Below, in pieces: positions 9,314 to 18,604 of a DNA stretch of 64,000 nt. Source of the DNA: Candidatus Hodarchaeota archaeon. GTDB taxonomy: Archaea > Asgardarchaeota > Lokiarchaeia > Sigyniarchaeales > SOKP01. Each line of letters opens with the position of its first letter. Position 1 is the stretch's first letter. The notes beneath the pieces were generated by a model. It did not search any database, was not told the DNA's origin, and saw only the letters and a list, made by a program, of their open reading frames with translations. A program made the position numbers and the translations under genes. The DNA is taken from NCBI GenBank assembly GCA_048886685.1, contig JBHLKM010000005.1, positions 200,659 to 264,658 of the forward strand, written 5' to 3'.

Positions 9314-11413
9314 TTATTCTTTATGAGCTTTTAACTTTACAGTAAGATCTCGAGCTCTTTTTGAATACCATATCAATAATTCTCCTGCATCTTCAGGCTC
9401 AAAATATTCTCCACCGCACAAAGACGCTGCTCGTATCATTAATTCACGATCTGGATTTCCAAGACCAACGATGTAGGTAACAACATTGGGATTATCAGAT
9501 AATTTTTTAATTTCACTTAAAAATAGCTCAGGATCCGTTGGAATTCCATCTGTCAAAAGTACTACCATATTTGGACTATCTGGACTGATCTGCTGGAAGT
9601 TTGCTAACACATTATTAGCTTGTACCATTGCAGCACCCATATTTGTGGCCTGTCCATATGCATTTCCAATTCTGTCAACAATCATACGTGCAGCATCCTC
9701 AAGAACGCCTTTTTTACCACTAGCGGAATCCATATAATAACTATTACCAAATGGCAAAATTTGTGCCTCGTCAGCAAATCGTATTACTGCTACTTTTTCT
9801 CCGAAACCTCTTCCAACCTTTTCGCTTAAAAATAAAACTGCAGCAAAAGCAGCAGATATCCGTCGGGGTATATTAATGCCATCCTTGAAATGTTTTAAGA
9901 ACTCTTGAATTTCTCGAGATTCCATAGCCGCTTTTATTCCTTCAATAGCAGGAGCTATGTTTGTTACAAACACATCTCTTGCCATCATACTCCGGCTAAT
10001 ATCTATTATTAAAATAGCGTTAAAGGGAACTAATCCTACTGGACTTAAAGTTAACGTAGTATTTTCAGTGACACTTGCAAAAATATCTCCAGTAAGATCA
10101 GGAACAGTCTCCAAAACCGAGCAAGCAATGTTTACAGCATTCCATCTTAACTTTATTCCCTTAAAGATAACGTAATTTGATATCCAGCTTTTCATAGATG
10201 ATACATTTTCTCGTGCAGTGCTAATAGTTTCCCAAATTGCTTCTCCCGATATTGGTGAAACACCCAAAGAAATATTCTGTAAAGGAATAATCGTTCTTTG
10301 ATTCTTAGAAACTTTTACTTCAAAGCTTCCTATCCCAGAAGCTTCTAATATTTCACTATCAATGATAATTACATCATCTGGAGTTGATTCTAAAACATCT
10401 ACTTTTCCAGCACCCATAGCTCCAGTTAATTCATCCTCGAACGCCAGAATATCATTTTGCTGAATTGAGAGAGAAAGCTGAGTTCTTGGGCTCACCAATG
10501 CATATCCCATTAAATTAGGTTGGGATTCAACCTGTAACATTAATTCAGATACTTTTTCTATGGGGGGTTCTGTTGAATACACGACTACTTGGTCAGATTG
10601 AATATTGGTATCTTCATAAGTATCAAAACTCATCTTTATATCAGTCATAGCGATATTTGTTTCATCAATCCGAGCCGATCCCATAGACCTTGTTAAAGGA
10701 TCTTCCCAAGCTATTAACATTCCTCGACCAAGACCTAATTTTTGTATAATATTAGGACTTAATTGAACTCTTCCTCCTTCAATATTGTTATCCAATACAG
10801 GTTTAAGAATTATACCACGTTTTTGACTCACTAACGTATTGATATCGATTTTATTAGGGTAAGGTTCAACGGGAGCTGCTGGCTCAATCGAAGGTTGTGC
10901 TGAAGGTAATGGAGATAAGGAAGGCGGTGGTGCAGGAGCAGGTGGTGTTGGCGTGATTTGAGGTGTTGGTGTAAGCTGTCTGATTGGTTGAGGTATTGTA
11001 GTAGGTTGAGGAACTGGGGCTGGCTGAATCTGTGGAGGTGGTGCAGGTTGTGGAGTTGGTTGTTGTGCGGCTGTAGGTTGAGGAGGGAATGATTCAGGAG
11101 CGAACTGTTGTGTAGGAACTTTAGGAACTTGTTGTTCAAGTGAAAGGGAGGCAGCAGCACTAGCAAGACGCACAGTTAGCTCTACTCCTGAAAATTGTAA
11201 ATCTTCAAGAATATTCTTTGCGAATTGACCCGCAAAATCTAACATGTCATTTGATATTTCTACGACAGCGACTTTTTTTAAGTTATTATCTAAATTAATA
11301 ATCTCTACTGAATCTCCATTTTTAACGCCGAGTTCATCTGCATTAGATTGACAAATTACGACTTTATTAGATATTTCATCACTAGCATCTACAAAAAGTT
11401 TAAGTTCTGCCAT
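9314..11413 (-). CDS. vWA (MIDAS) protein with double-psi-barrel/CDC48-N-like domains and a Pro/Gln-rich linker
   Basis: LIIDISRSM (DxSxS), ATNMGAAM, VLLTDG. ADELGVKNGDSVEI, QKLGLGRGMLI and LSLSIQQNDIL resemble DPBB repeats. ~95-aa Pro-rich tract. Confidence 0.8.
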   Translation of the reverse strand: MAELKLFVDASDEISNKVVICQSNADELGVKNGDSVEIINLDNNLKKVAVVEISNDMLDFAGQFAKNILEDLQFSGVELTVRLASAAASLSLEQQVPKVPTQQFAPESFPPQPTAAQQPTPQPAPPPQIQPAPVPQPTTIPQPIRQLTPTPQITPTPPAPAPPPSLSPLPSAQPSIEPAAPVEPYPNKIDINTLVSQKRGIILKPVLDNNIEGGRVQLSPNIIQKLGLGRGMLIAWEDPLTRSMGSARIDETNIAMTDIKMSFDTYEDTNIQSDQVVVYSTEPPIEKVSELMLQVESQPNLMGYALVSPRTQLSLSIQQNDILAFEDELTGAMGAGKVDVLESTPDDVIIIDSEILEASGIGSFEVKVSKNQRTIIPLQNISLGVSPISGEAIWETISTARENVSSMKSWISNYVIFKGIKLRWNAVNIACSVLETVPDLTGDIFASVTENTTLTLSPVGLVPFNAILIIDISRSMMARDVFVTNIAPAIEGIKAAMESREIQEFLKHFKDGINIPRRISAAFAAVLFLSEKVGRGFGEKVAVIRFADEAQILPFGNSYYMDSASGKKGVLEDAARMIVDRIGNAYGQATNMGAAMVQANNVLANFQQISPDSPNMVVLLTDGIPTDPELFLSEIKKLSDNPNVVTYIVGLGNPDRELMIRAASLCGGEYFEPEDAGELLIWYSKRARDLTVKLKAHKE

Positions 11414-11642
11414 ATTTATTCATTAATTTTACTCTATTTTTTAATTTAATATAAGTGATGTAGATTAAAATTTCTATCAATTAATCTTTAACAGTCTTTA
11501 TTAATAATAAACTAATATCAGTATAAGATATTTATCAAGAATTGATAAACTTATCCATATAAATAAATTTGTGCGAAAAATAATTAAAGAAAAAAAAAAA
11601 GAATTATGATTTAAGTAAAATTTGTTTTCAGATTTAACCTTA

Positions 11643-11768
11643 TTATTGTTGTACTGCTAGTATTTCTGCCTCAGAAACCATAAGATCATACTTATAAATG
11701 TATCCCTCAATTACATGAAATCCTGCCAAAAATCGGGTGATATATGTTAATGCTTCCTCTAAAGACAT
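11643..11768 (-). CDS. Small 41-aa protein not in the ORF track (MSLEEALTYITRFLAGFHVIEGYIYKYDLMVSEAEILAVQQ)
   Basis: ATG-to-TAA frame, co-oriented within the cluster, protein-like composition between AT-rich flanks. Confidence 0.55.
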   Translation of the reverse strand: MSLEEALTYITRFLAGFHVIEGYIYKYDLMVSEAEILAVQQ

Positions 11769-11878
11769 ACATTTATGTTAAAAAAACATGATTTCTTTAC
11801 TAAAATTTACACACAGAAATAGAATGTAAAGTAAAGATTAAGTGAGAGAAAATGATGAAAAAATGAAATTTTTTAACT

Positions 11879-12265
11879 CTATTTGGGATATCTTTTACTT
11901 ATTTCACCTGCATAATATCTGAACACCTTTACAACTTTTCCGAGTTCAGGCATTTGTCTGGATGCGCCCATTAAGAAAAATCTGCCAGCAGCACTGAGTA
12001 TAATAAAACCATTATCGCCACGTAAAATTACCTCCATCATATTATTATAACCGAGAGAATTTATCGCATCATCTCCAGATTGGACAACCACTGCGCTCAA
12101 ACTTGAGAATAAATCAGGATCAATAGCATATCCTGGAATTGCGCTAAACGCAAGACGGAGCCCTTCCCGTGTGATTAAAGCTAAGGCTTCTAAATCGGAA
12201 TATTCAGTTATACTAGATAAAAATGTCGAAAGAGAATGCGCTTCTTCTGGAGTTAATTCAGCCAT
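11879..12265 (-). CDS. Roadblock/LC7 (MglB/LAMTOR-like) protein
   Basis: LALITREGL...DLFSSLSAVVV...EVILRGDNGFIILSAAG. Confidence 0.88.
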   Translation of the reverse strand: MAELTPEEAHSLSTFLSSITEYSDLEALALITREGLRLAFSAIPGYAIDPDLFSSLSAVVVQSGDDAINSLGYNNMMEVILRGDNGFIILSAAGRFFLMGASRQMPELGKVVKVFRYYAGEISKRYPK

Positions 12266-12397
12266 AATGAATTAAATTTTTTTTTATTCAATTAATAATA
12301 AGTAAAAAATTTAGACTTAAAAAATTATATTTTGCGAATATTTGAAATTTTAAACTTCTTTAAATAAAATAAGAGAAATTAAATTGAAAAAATTTAC

Positions 12398-13237
12398 TTA
12401 ACTACCTTCTAATTGTTGTTTAATTTGATCTTTTAATAACTCTCGTTTTGATTTTCCTTCTACTGGAGTAGATGGTCGGCCAGTACGTTTAAGAAACTCT
12501 ATTGCTAATATCTTTCCCTGTTCTGACAAAATTCGAGGGCTGTAATTCTCAGCGAAGAAGATTCCCTCAGGGATCGAACCTACTTTCGAGATTTCTTTAG
12601 TAACCTGCTTTTCCCCTAAGAATTGTTGTACTTTTTCAACGACAGAATAAGCTTGGTTTCCAATTATTATTAATTCTCTTTCAAAACCAGTAGGTATCTT
12701 AATTTCTTCTAATTTCGCCATAATCTCTTGAAAATCGATTTGAGTCTCCTCTTGCATATATGCTGCCATCGAATCGTCTCCTCTATATAAAGGACCTGCA
12801 TTTTGTGCTGCTAGTGTTTTACTCCCTGCAATATTCATTCCGTTAGCGGGTTCTGGAGCTCCAAAAATATTCCTTTCCCTCAATGGATGAACGCTTGGTG
12901 GAGCCATTGGTTCACCTTTTATTTCTTTAGCAATTCCCGCTTTTGTTCTTCCACCAATAAGATTTATAAATTCAGCATCCTCATCACCCTCGTCAAGAGG
13001 TATTACACTATAATGCATTCCCACTTGACCACGAATTTCTTGAGATCTTTTCGCACCAATAAACTTGGATCTAACACTACTTTTAACACCCTTCCAAAGA
13101 TAAACCTTTCTAGCATCATCAGCAACAAGGACATAACACTCGTCAGTTTTTAACATATCCTTAATTGAACCTTCAGTTGTCAGTTCGGTTGTTGTTCCAT
13201 CTGGATTAATAAGAAACAATTGCGTTATTTTAATCAA
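12398..13237 (-). CDS. Gelsolin-domain protein (one gelsolin domain plus a second domain; 1DGelX-like)
   Basis: LKTDECYVLV...VYLWKGVKSSVRSKFIGA...DEGDEDAEF; second domain FERELIIIGNQAY; TTG start. Confidence 0.85.
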   Translation of the reverse strand: MIKITQLFLINPDGTTTELTTEGSIKDMLKTDECYVLVADDARKVYLWKGVKSSVRSKFIGAKRSQEIRGQVGMHYSVIPLDEGDEDAEFINLIGGRTKAGIAKEIKGEPMAPPSVHPLRERNIFGAPEPANGMNIAGSKTLAAQNAGPLYRGDDSMAAYMQEETQIDFQEIMAKLEEIKIPTGFERELIIIGNQAYSVVEKVQQFLGEKQVTKEISKVGSIPEGIFFAENYSPRILSEQGKILAIEFLKRTGRPSTPVEGKSKRELLKDQIKQQLEGS

Positions 13238-13454
13238 TCTCCTCTATTCTGTTATGAAAACTAACTTATAGTTAAATAAAATATGTTAATTTGAAATTGT
13301 TACTCAAAATATTAATTGTAAAACTCAATTTAGTTATCATAATAACTAGTTTAATAATATAATAAATTAGAAATTAATAAATTTTTATCAAAAAATAAAA
13401 ACACGTTCTGACATCTCTTAATTTGTTATCAAATATTTTCAATATTTTGGTATA

Positions 13455-15020
13455 TTAAAGATTAAATATTTCTTTTATAGCCTTATTAATATTGTTAATC
13501 ATATCGACTGCAGTAAAACGCGTTCCAATGTTCTCTTTACAATATTCACCAATAATACCATTAAGGAATGCACCAGAACATGCTGATTTAAATAGATTAT
13601 TATCTGTAGCTAAGAAAGCAGCACATAATCCAGCTAAGACGTCACCTGTACCACCTATTGACATTTCTGGACAACCTGTGCGATTAATTTTTAGTTCTTT
13701 CCCATTGCTTATATAATCATAGGGGCCTTTTACAAGGAGAGTAAAATCATATATTTTCGCTAACTTTAATACTGCTTTGCTCCTTTCTTCAATCTGGTCA
13801 TAGGGAGGTAATTCAATACCAGTCATTATTTCTAATTCCCCTTCATGTGGTGTTAAAATAACTTGCTGACCTTTCAATATTTCAAGATGATTTTTAACTA
13901 ATTTTAAAGAATCAGCATCAAGTAAATATGGCTTCTTTTCTTGATTGAGTTTTTTCAATAGATTTACTAATAATTCTTCAGTTTCCTTTTGCAATCCTAA
14001 CCCAGGTCCTATGACTACAGCGTTCGACCATTCAATCAATTCTGAGATTTCATTAAAGGAATTCATATTTAACCATTTACCTGGGCTTGTTCTAACAATC
14101 ATGTTTGGGGAAAAATTTCTTATAACATCTCCAATAACCTCTGGAACATAGGTAATAACCAAATCAATTCCAAAATTAATTCCTGCTAGCGAAGAATATG
14201 CAGGAGCACCAGAATAATTTTTGGAACCTCCAATAACAAGTATTCTTCCAAATTGTCCCTTATGATTATCAATATTTCTAGTTTTTAGGGTTGGAAATAA
14301 ATCACCTCTTCCTACGAATATCGACGCCTCAAAGGGGACTCCGATGGATCTAATTATGATTTTTTTTATATAATCGCTTTTAATATCTAATCCTTTTTTA
14401 ATTCGATGGAGTGCTACAACTAAATCTGCTCTCACAGCCTTATGAACCACTTCTCCGGTATCTGGATTCATACCAGAAGGTAAATCTATTGATACGACAT
14501 TTATTTCGCTTTCCTCTCTCAATTTATTTATAACGTCGATAGCTGTAGAAATAGGTTCTCGGATTTTTCCAGATATTCCTGTGCCTAATAATGCATCGAC
14601 AATTAAACTTAGATTCTTCTTATCTTCTCTCAATAATCTTATTTTTTCAATTTCTGTTGAATCACGTATTATTATCGTTTTAACCAAATAATTAATTTTG
14701 TTCTTAATTGCATCCCAATTGAATCGTGAAGCCATAGTTCTTATTTTTTCTGGAGTCCCAACCAGGATTACTAAAGATTTGATATTAAATGCACTTAAAT
14801 GTCTTGCAACTACAAAACCATCTCCCCCGTTATTTCCAGTACCACAAAAAATCGCAACAGTTGACTTATTACTAAGATTGTATCTTCGTACAATTTCATC
14901 CGCAATAGCGTATCCAGCACACTCCATTAAATGAATTAAGGGAATTCCCAACCATTGAGCATTATTATCGGCTATAGTAACATCTTCAGCCAAAATTTTT
15001 TCAGAATTAAATCTCTCCAT
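13455..15020 (-). CDS. nnr: Bifunctional NAD(P)HX epimerase/dehydratase
   Basis: CGTGNNGGDG, DALLGTG, HKGQFGRILVIGGS, TPHEGE, GGTGDVLAG. Confidence 0.95.
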   Translation of the reverse strand: MERFNSEKILAEDVTIADNNAQWLGIPLIHLMECAGYAIADEIVRRYNLSNKSTVAIFCGTGNNGGDGFVVARHLSAFNIKSLVILVGTPEKIRTMASRFNWDAIKNKINYLVKTIIIRDSTEIEKIRLLREDKKNLSLIVDALLGTGISGKIREPISTAIDVINKLREESEINVVSIDLPSGMNPDTGEVVHKAVRADLVVALHRIKKGLDIKSDYIKKIIIRSIGVPFEASIFVGRGDLFPTLKTRNIDNHKGQFGRILVIGGSKNYSGAPAYSSLAGINFGIDLVITYVPEVIGDVIRNFSPNMIVRTSPGKWLNMNSFNEISELIEWSNAVVIGPGLGLQKETEELLVNLLKKLNQEKKPYLLDADSLKLVKNHLEILKGQQVILTPHEGELEIMTGIELPPYDQIEERSKAVLKLAKIYDFTLLVKGPYDYISNGKELKINRTGCPEMSIGGTGDVLAGLCAAFLATDNNLFKSACSGAFLNGIIGEYCKENIGTRFTAVDMINNINKAIKEIFNL

Positions 15021-15117
15021 AACAATTAATCTTAAGATTCTGAACTAAAAAAGATTATTTTATTAAAAGGATTATATAACAAATCAAGGTTGATGAATCT
15101 TATTTTGTAGTATACAT

Positions 15118-16377
15118 ATGAATGCATTTAAAGAAGATATTAGTGAAGCAAAAGAAAGATTAAAAGCATGGTGGGATCATGAAATTATCGATCGTCCCGC
15201 TATCTCATATTATTACCCCCGCGAAGGTGCCTCATTTACTGGGCTTCTCGATATTTTTGGGTTAGGGTGGGATTTAGCTAAATATCCTGATAGCATTGAA
15301 CAAGTACTTAAAAATTTTGAGGATAGAATATCAGGTTTATACTTTGGAGGGGAAAACATTCCTTCTTTTTTTCCAAACTATGGTGCGGGAATTATGGCTG
15401 CAGTTTTTGGAGTTATACCAAAGTATCAGACTCGAACTGTCTGGTTCAGTCGTCCTACTCCTGTTGATGAGATTGTTTCCCTCCTTGAAAGCGTTAAATT
15501 AAACAATGATAATCCTTGGTATTCAAGATTATTACGTATAACAGAATATGCCGCTAAAAAGTCTCAAGGAAAATATCAAGTCTCAATGACAGATTTAGGA
15601 GGGATTTTAGATATTCTATCCTCTTTTTTAGGTCCTAAAAATATTATTCTTACTATGAAAAGACGTCCTGATATTATAGATACGTGCCGGGCTGTAATCT
15701 TAGAAAAGACTCTGAAAGTTTATGACGATCTTCAAAATATAATTGAAAAATATAATGACGGATGTAATGCGTGGCTTAATGTGTGGAATGCAAAGCGATG
15801 GTATCCTATTCAATGTGATTTTAGTGCAATGCTTAATCCTAAATGGTTCAAAAGATTTGCACTACCTGACATTAAAGCTCAGGCAGCTCATATGGACTAT
15901 TCAATATATCATTTAGATGGTCCATTAGCTATCACTCATCTAGATGACTTATTATCAATTCCAGAACTTACAGGAATTCAATGGGTGCCAGGCGATGGTC
16001 GAGAACCAATGGGACATGAGAAATGGTATCCAATTTATAAAAAAATTCAAGCTACAGGCAAAAATATTGTCAATACAGTAACCCCTAGTCGACTTTCTAC
16101 TATGTATCGAAATTTTGATCCAAAAGGATTATATCTTCGAACTGTATTTTTTAGTTACCATCTTGCAGGGTTTTATTTACCAAAATTTATTGGAGGAGAT
16201 GAAGGTGAAATCATCGAAAGGAGCATTGAATGGGCAGAATTGAGAAATTTGGATCATCTGAGTAATACAAATTTCGAATTATTTCTAGAAGAAAATAAAA
16301 TAAGACTTGAAAATAGAGATCCTATAAAAGTACAACAGGAAATAAATAGAAAATTAAAACGTAGGAAAAGAACCTAG
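15118..16377 (+). CDS. URO-D/cobamide methyltransferase-like TIM-barrel protein
   Basis: TDLGGILDIL, QCDFSAM, YHLDGP, IQWVPG. Confidence 0.75.
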   Translation: MNAFKEDISEAKERLKAWWDHEIIDRPAISYYYPREGASFTGLLDIFGLGWDLAKYPDSIEQVLKNFEDRISGLYFGGENIPSFFPNYGAGIMAAVFGVIPKYQTRTVWFSRPTPVDEIVSLLESVKLNNDNPWYSRLLRITEYAAKKSQGKYQVSMTDLGGILDILSSFLGPKNIILTMKRRPDIIDTCRAVILEKTLKVYDDLQNIIEKYNDGCNAWLNVWNAKRWYPIQCDFSAMLNPKWFKRFALPDIKAQAAHMDYSIYHLDGPLAITHLDDLLSIPELTGIQWVPGDGREPMGHEKWYPIYKKIQATGKNIVNTVTPSRLSTMYRNFDPKGLYLRTVFFSYHLAGFYLPKFIGGDEGEIIERSIEWAELRNLDHLSNTNFELFLEENKIRLENRDPIKVQQEINRKLKRRKRT

Positions 16378-16384
16378 TTTTTTG

Positions 16385-17164
16385 CTATTTTCTTTCCATA
16401 TAATAATAATCATATATTTTTTTCATCCCAAATTTCTGATACAAGTTTAGAGCTTTAAAATTATCTTTTTCTACTTGTAGCCAAATATATTTTACCTCAT
16501 TTGGTATAGCCCATTTCTCGAGTAATTTAATTAACATAGATGTCGCTATATTTTGTCTTCTATAATCTGGATGGACGAAAACATCTCCGACATACAAATA
16601 CCCTTGGGGAACTAATACTGCCAAGAGAGTTCCAATAATCTCATTCGTATTTTTGGTGAGCATATAACATTTTTTCGGAATAATTATTCTTTGATTGATT
16701 TTTTGAATGATATTTTGGTCTTTTTCATCCCATTTCGAGAATTTAGCTAAAAAATCGGAGATTTCCTTAATTCGGAAATTAAAAATATGATATTCAAATT
16801 CTTTATTTACTTCTTTAGATTGAATATCTTTAATCTTTATTCCTAATGCACTTGTATGATTATATGGTTGATAGCCCCTTTTCAGTAACTTTTCCACAAG
16901 GTTTTTAGGCTCATGAAAATCAGGGATGGTAAAAACCGCTTTTAAATTATGAGCTTTATATGTCTTTTCAACTAACTTTATATCGTTAACAAGAGTTTTT
17001 TGGTTACCGGTATATTGTATAGGGAAAACAGAATTAGCTCGAGATGTAACGCCTTCAGTAAAACGTATTATCCACCCGTTTAAAAAAAAATAATGCTTTG
17101 CTGGCCATGAATTCATCAAAAATTCTTGAAATTGACGTATTTCTTTTTTTGATTTCATTCTCAT
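16385..17164 (-). CDS. GNAT acetyltransferase (start moved to 17164 or 17158; the track's longer start overlaps the tRNA)
   Basis: TSRANSV, VHPDYRRQNIA, LQVEKDNFKALNLYQKFG. Confidence 0.9.
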   Translation of the reverse strand: MRMKSKKEIRQFQEFLMNSWPAKHYFFLNGWIIRFTEGVTSRANSVFPIQYTGNQKTLVNDIKLVEKTYKAHNLKAVFTIPDFHEPKNLVEKLLKRGYQPYNHTSALGIKIKDIQSKEVNKEFEYHIFNFRIKEISDFLAKFSKWDEKDQNIIQKINQRIIIPKKCYMLTKNTNEIIGTLLAVLVPQGYLYVGDVFVHPDYRRQNIATSMLIKLLEKWAIPNEVKYIWLQVEKDNFKALNLYQKFGMKKIYDYYYMERK

Positions 17165-17220
17165 CAAATATATGAAAGATGTATACAATTTTAAACTTCT
17201 TTGGATTAAATTAAAAGGAG

Positions 17221-17328
17221 TGCCGGTGGAGGGGTTTGAGCCCTCGACCTCCAGAATACATCCGGTCTGACCCAATCTTTCAGAAGGATTATGAGTCTGG
17301 CGCTATGACCAAGCTAAGCCACACCGGC
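17221..17328 (-). tRNA. tRNA-Met(CAT), elongator type, with a 33-nt intron (about 17257-17289)
   Basis: GCCGGTG acceptor stem pairs with CACCGGC-A; anticodon arm CCAGA-CTCATA|intron|T-TCTGG; T arm GAGGG-CTCAAAC-CCCTC. Confidence 0.9.
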
Positions 17329-17345
17329 ATACTAAATTTATATAC

Positions 17346-17418
17346 AGCCCTCGGCGGGATTTGAACCCGCGACCTTTGCCTTACCAAGGCAACGCTCTAC
17401 CACCTAAGCAACGAAGGC
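17346..17418 (-). tRNA. tRNA-Thr(GGT)
   Basis: GCCTTCG/CGAGGGC-T; TTGCC-TTGGTAA-GGCAA; GCGGG-TTCAAAT-CCCGC. Confidence 0.97.
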
Positions 17419-17549
17419 GTTTGATAAACTTCTAACAAACTAAGTAATTATTGCTAAATTAAAAATTTTTTTACCAAATATTATATTTTTACGCTTATAA
17501 AAAAGTAGCAACTCACAAAACCGGAGTATTCTAGAATTTGTCCCTTTAT

Positions 17550-18374
17550 CTATAATTTTGAAGCTTTTAATGTGAAAAGAAGAGGTATCTCAACTTTTTG
17601 ATTTTTCAATCTATAATATCCATTAGAATCTTTCTCTGAAAATGCAAATACCTTGTATGAATTAAAAGGATATTCATTAAAGAATTCAATTTTTAACCCT
17701 GCTTGTATTAATGAATTTATAATATCCGAAATGCTGTGATCCCACTCATATTCTTTATGCGGTGGCATATGAGGAGTATCTGATGCATAAGATCCGCTAG
17801 CAATAAGCTCTAATGGTTCTGAACTATGGAAATAGTTGTATTTTAGTTGTAATTCCTTTTGATGATCATTATCAAACATCTTTGAGACAGGATGACCTTC
17901 TGCAATATAGAAGAAACCTCCTGATTTTAAGAAATGAGCTATAATTTCTGCCCACTTTATGAGATCATTAAGCCAGCACAAAACTCCTATAGAGCTATAT
18001 ACTATATCGAATTTTTCAGAAAGAACTTTCGGTAAATCATAGAGGTTTGTTTGGATAAAATTCACTGCAAGATTAGCTTTGCTAGCTAATATTTTTGCTA
18101 ATCTTATAGCCTCACCTGAAAAATCAATACCAGTCACAATTGCCCCCTCTCGGGCCCAAGAAAGAGTATCTAGTCCAAAATGACATTGAAGATGTAATAA
18201 CTTTTTTCCCCTAACGTTACCCATTTCTTTTAGTTCAAATTGTCTTAGTGAAGTTTTTCCTTCAAGAAATGCTTTCACACTATAAAACTCATTTTCAATT
18301 TGAAAGTGTTCTTTAGCAAATTCATCCCACATTTTCCGATTTGCTTTAAAATATTTCTCATCCACTTTTTCCAC
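17550..18374 (-). CDS. Class I SAM-dependent methyltransferase
   Basis: LLHLQCHFGLDT, GIDFS, FDIVYSSIGVLCW. Confidence 0.92.
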   Translation of the reverse strand: MEKVDEKYFKANRKMWDEFAKEHFQIENEFYSVKAFLEGKTSLRQFELKEMGNVRGKKLLHLQCHFGLDTLSWAREGAIVTGIDFSGEAIRLAKILASKANLAVNFIQTNLYDLPKVLSEKFDIVYSSIGVLCWLNDLIKWAEIIAHFLKSGGFFYIAEGHPVSKMFDNDHQKELQLKYNYFHSSEPLELIASGSYASDTPHMPPHKEYEWDHSISDIINSLIQAGLKIEFFNEYPFNSYKVFAFSEKDSNGYYRLKNQKVEIPLLFTLKASKL

Positions 18375-18604
18375 TTAAGATAAAGAATAACGGTCCAATA
18401 TGATAAATCTGGAGATATTTAACTTATTATCCTATTTATTTACTTAAAACATGTGAAAAATTAAAAACTTAATTTACGATCATTTTAATCGATAAAATTA
18501 AAAATATAATTGACTATTTAGTATATGGTTTATAATTGAGGACAAATTTAGGTAAAGAAAATAAATTAATTGCCTATCTAAAAAAAAAATAAGGTAGAAC
18601 AAAA

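Noticed and set aside
11879-12265. Profilin call for the 128-aa protein next to gelsolin
   Set aside because: The pattern (ALITREG, helix, EVILRGDNG) fits roadblock/MglB better.
17165-17275. N-terminal extension of the GNAT ORF in the track
   Set aside because: It reads through the tRNA-Met gene; the real start is 17164 or 17158.
17221-17418. tRNA pair as the attachment site of an integrated element
   Set aside because: No duplicated tRNA 3' end and no integrase were seen in the window.
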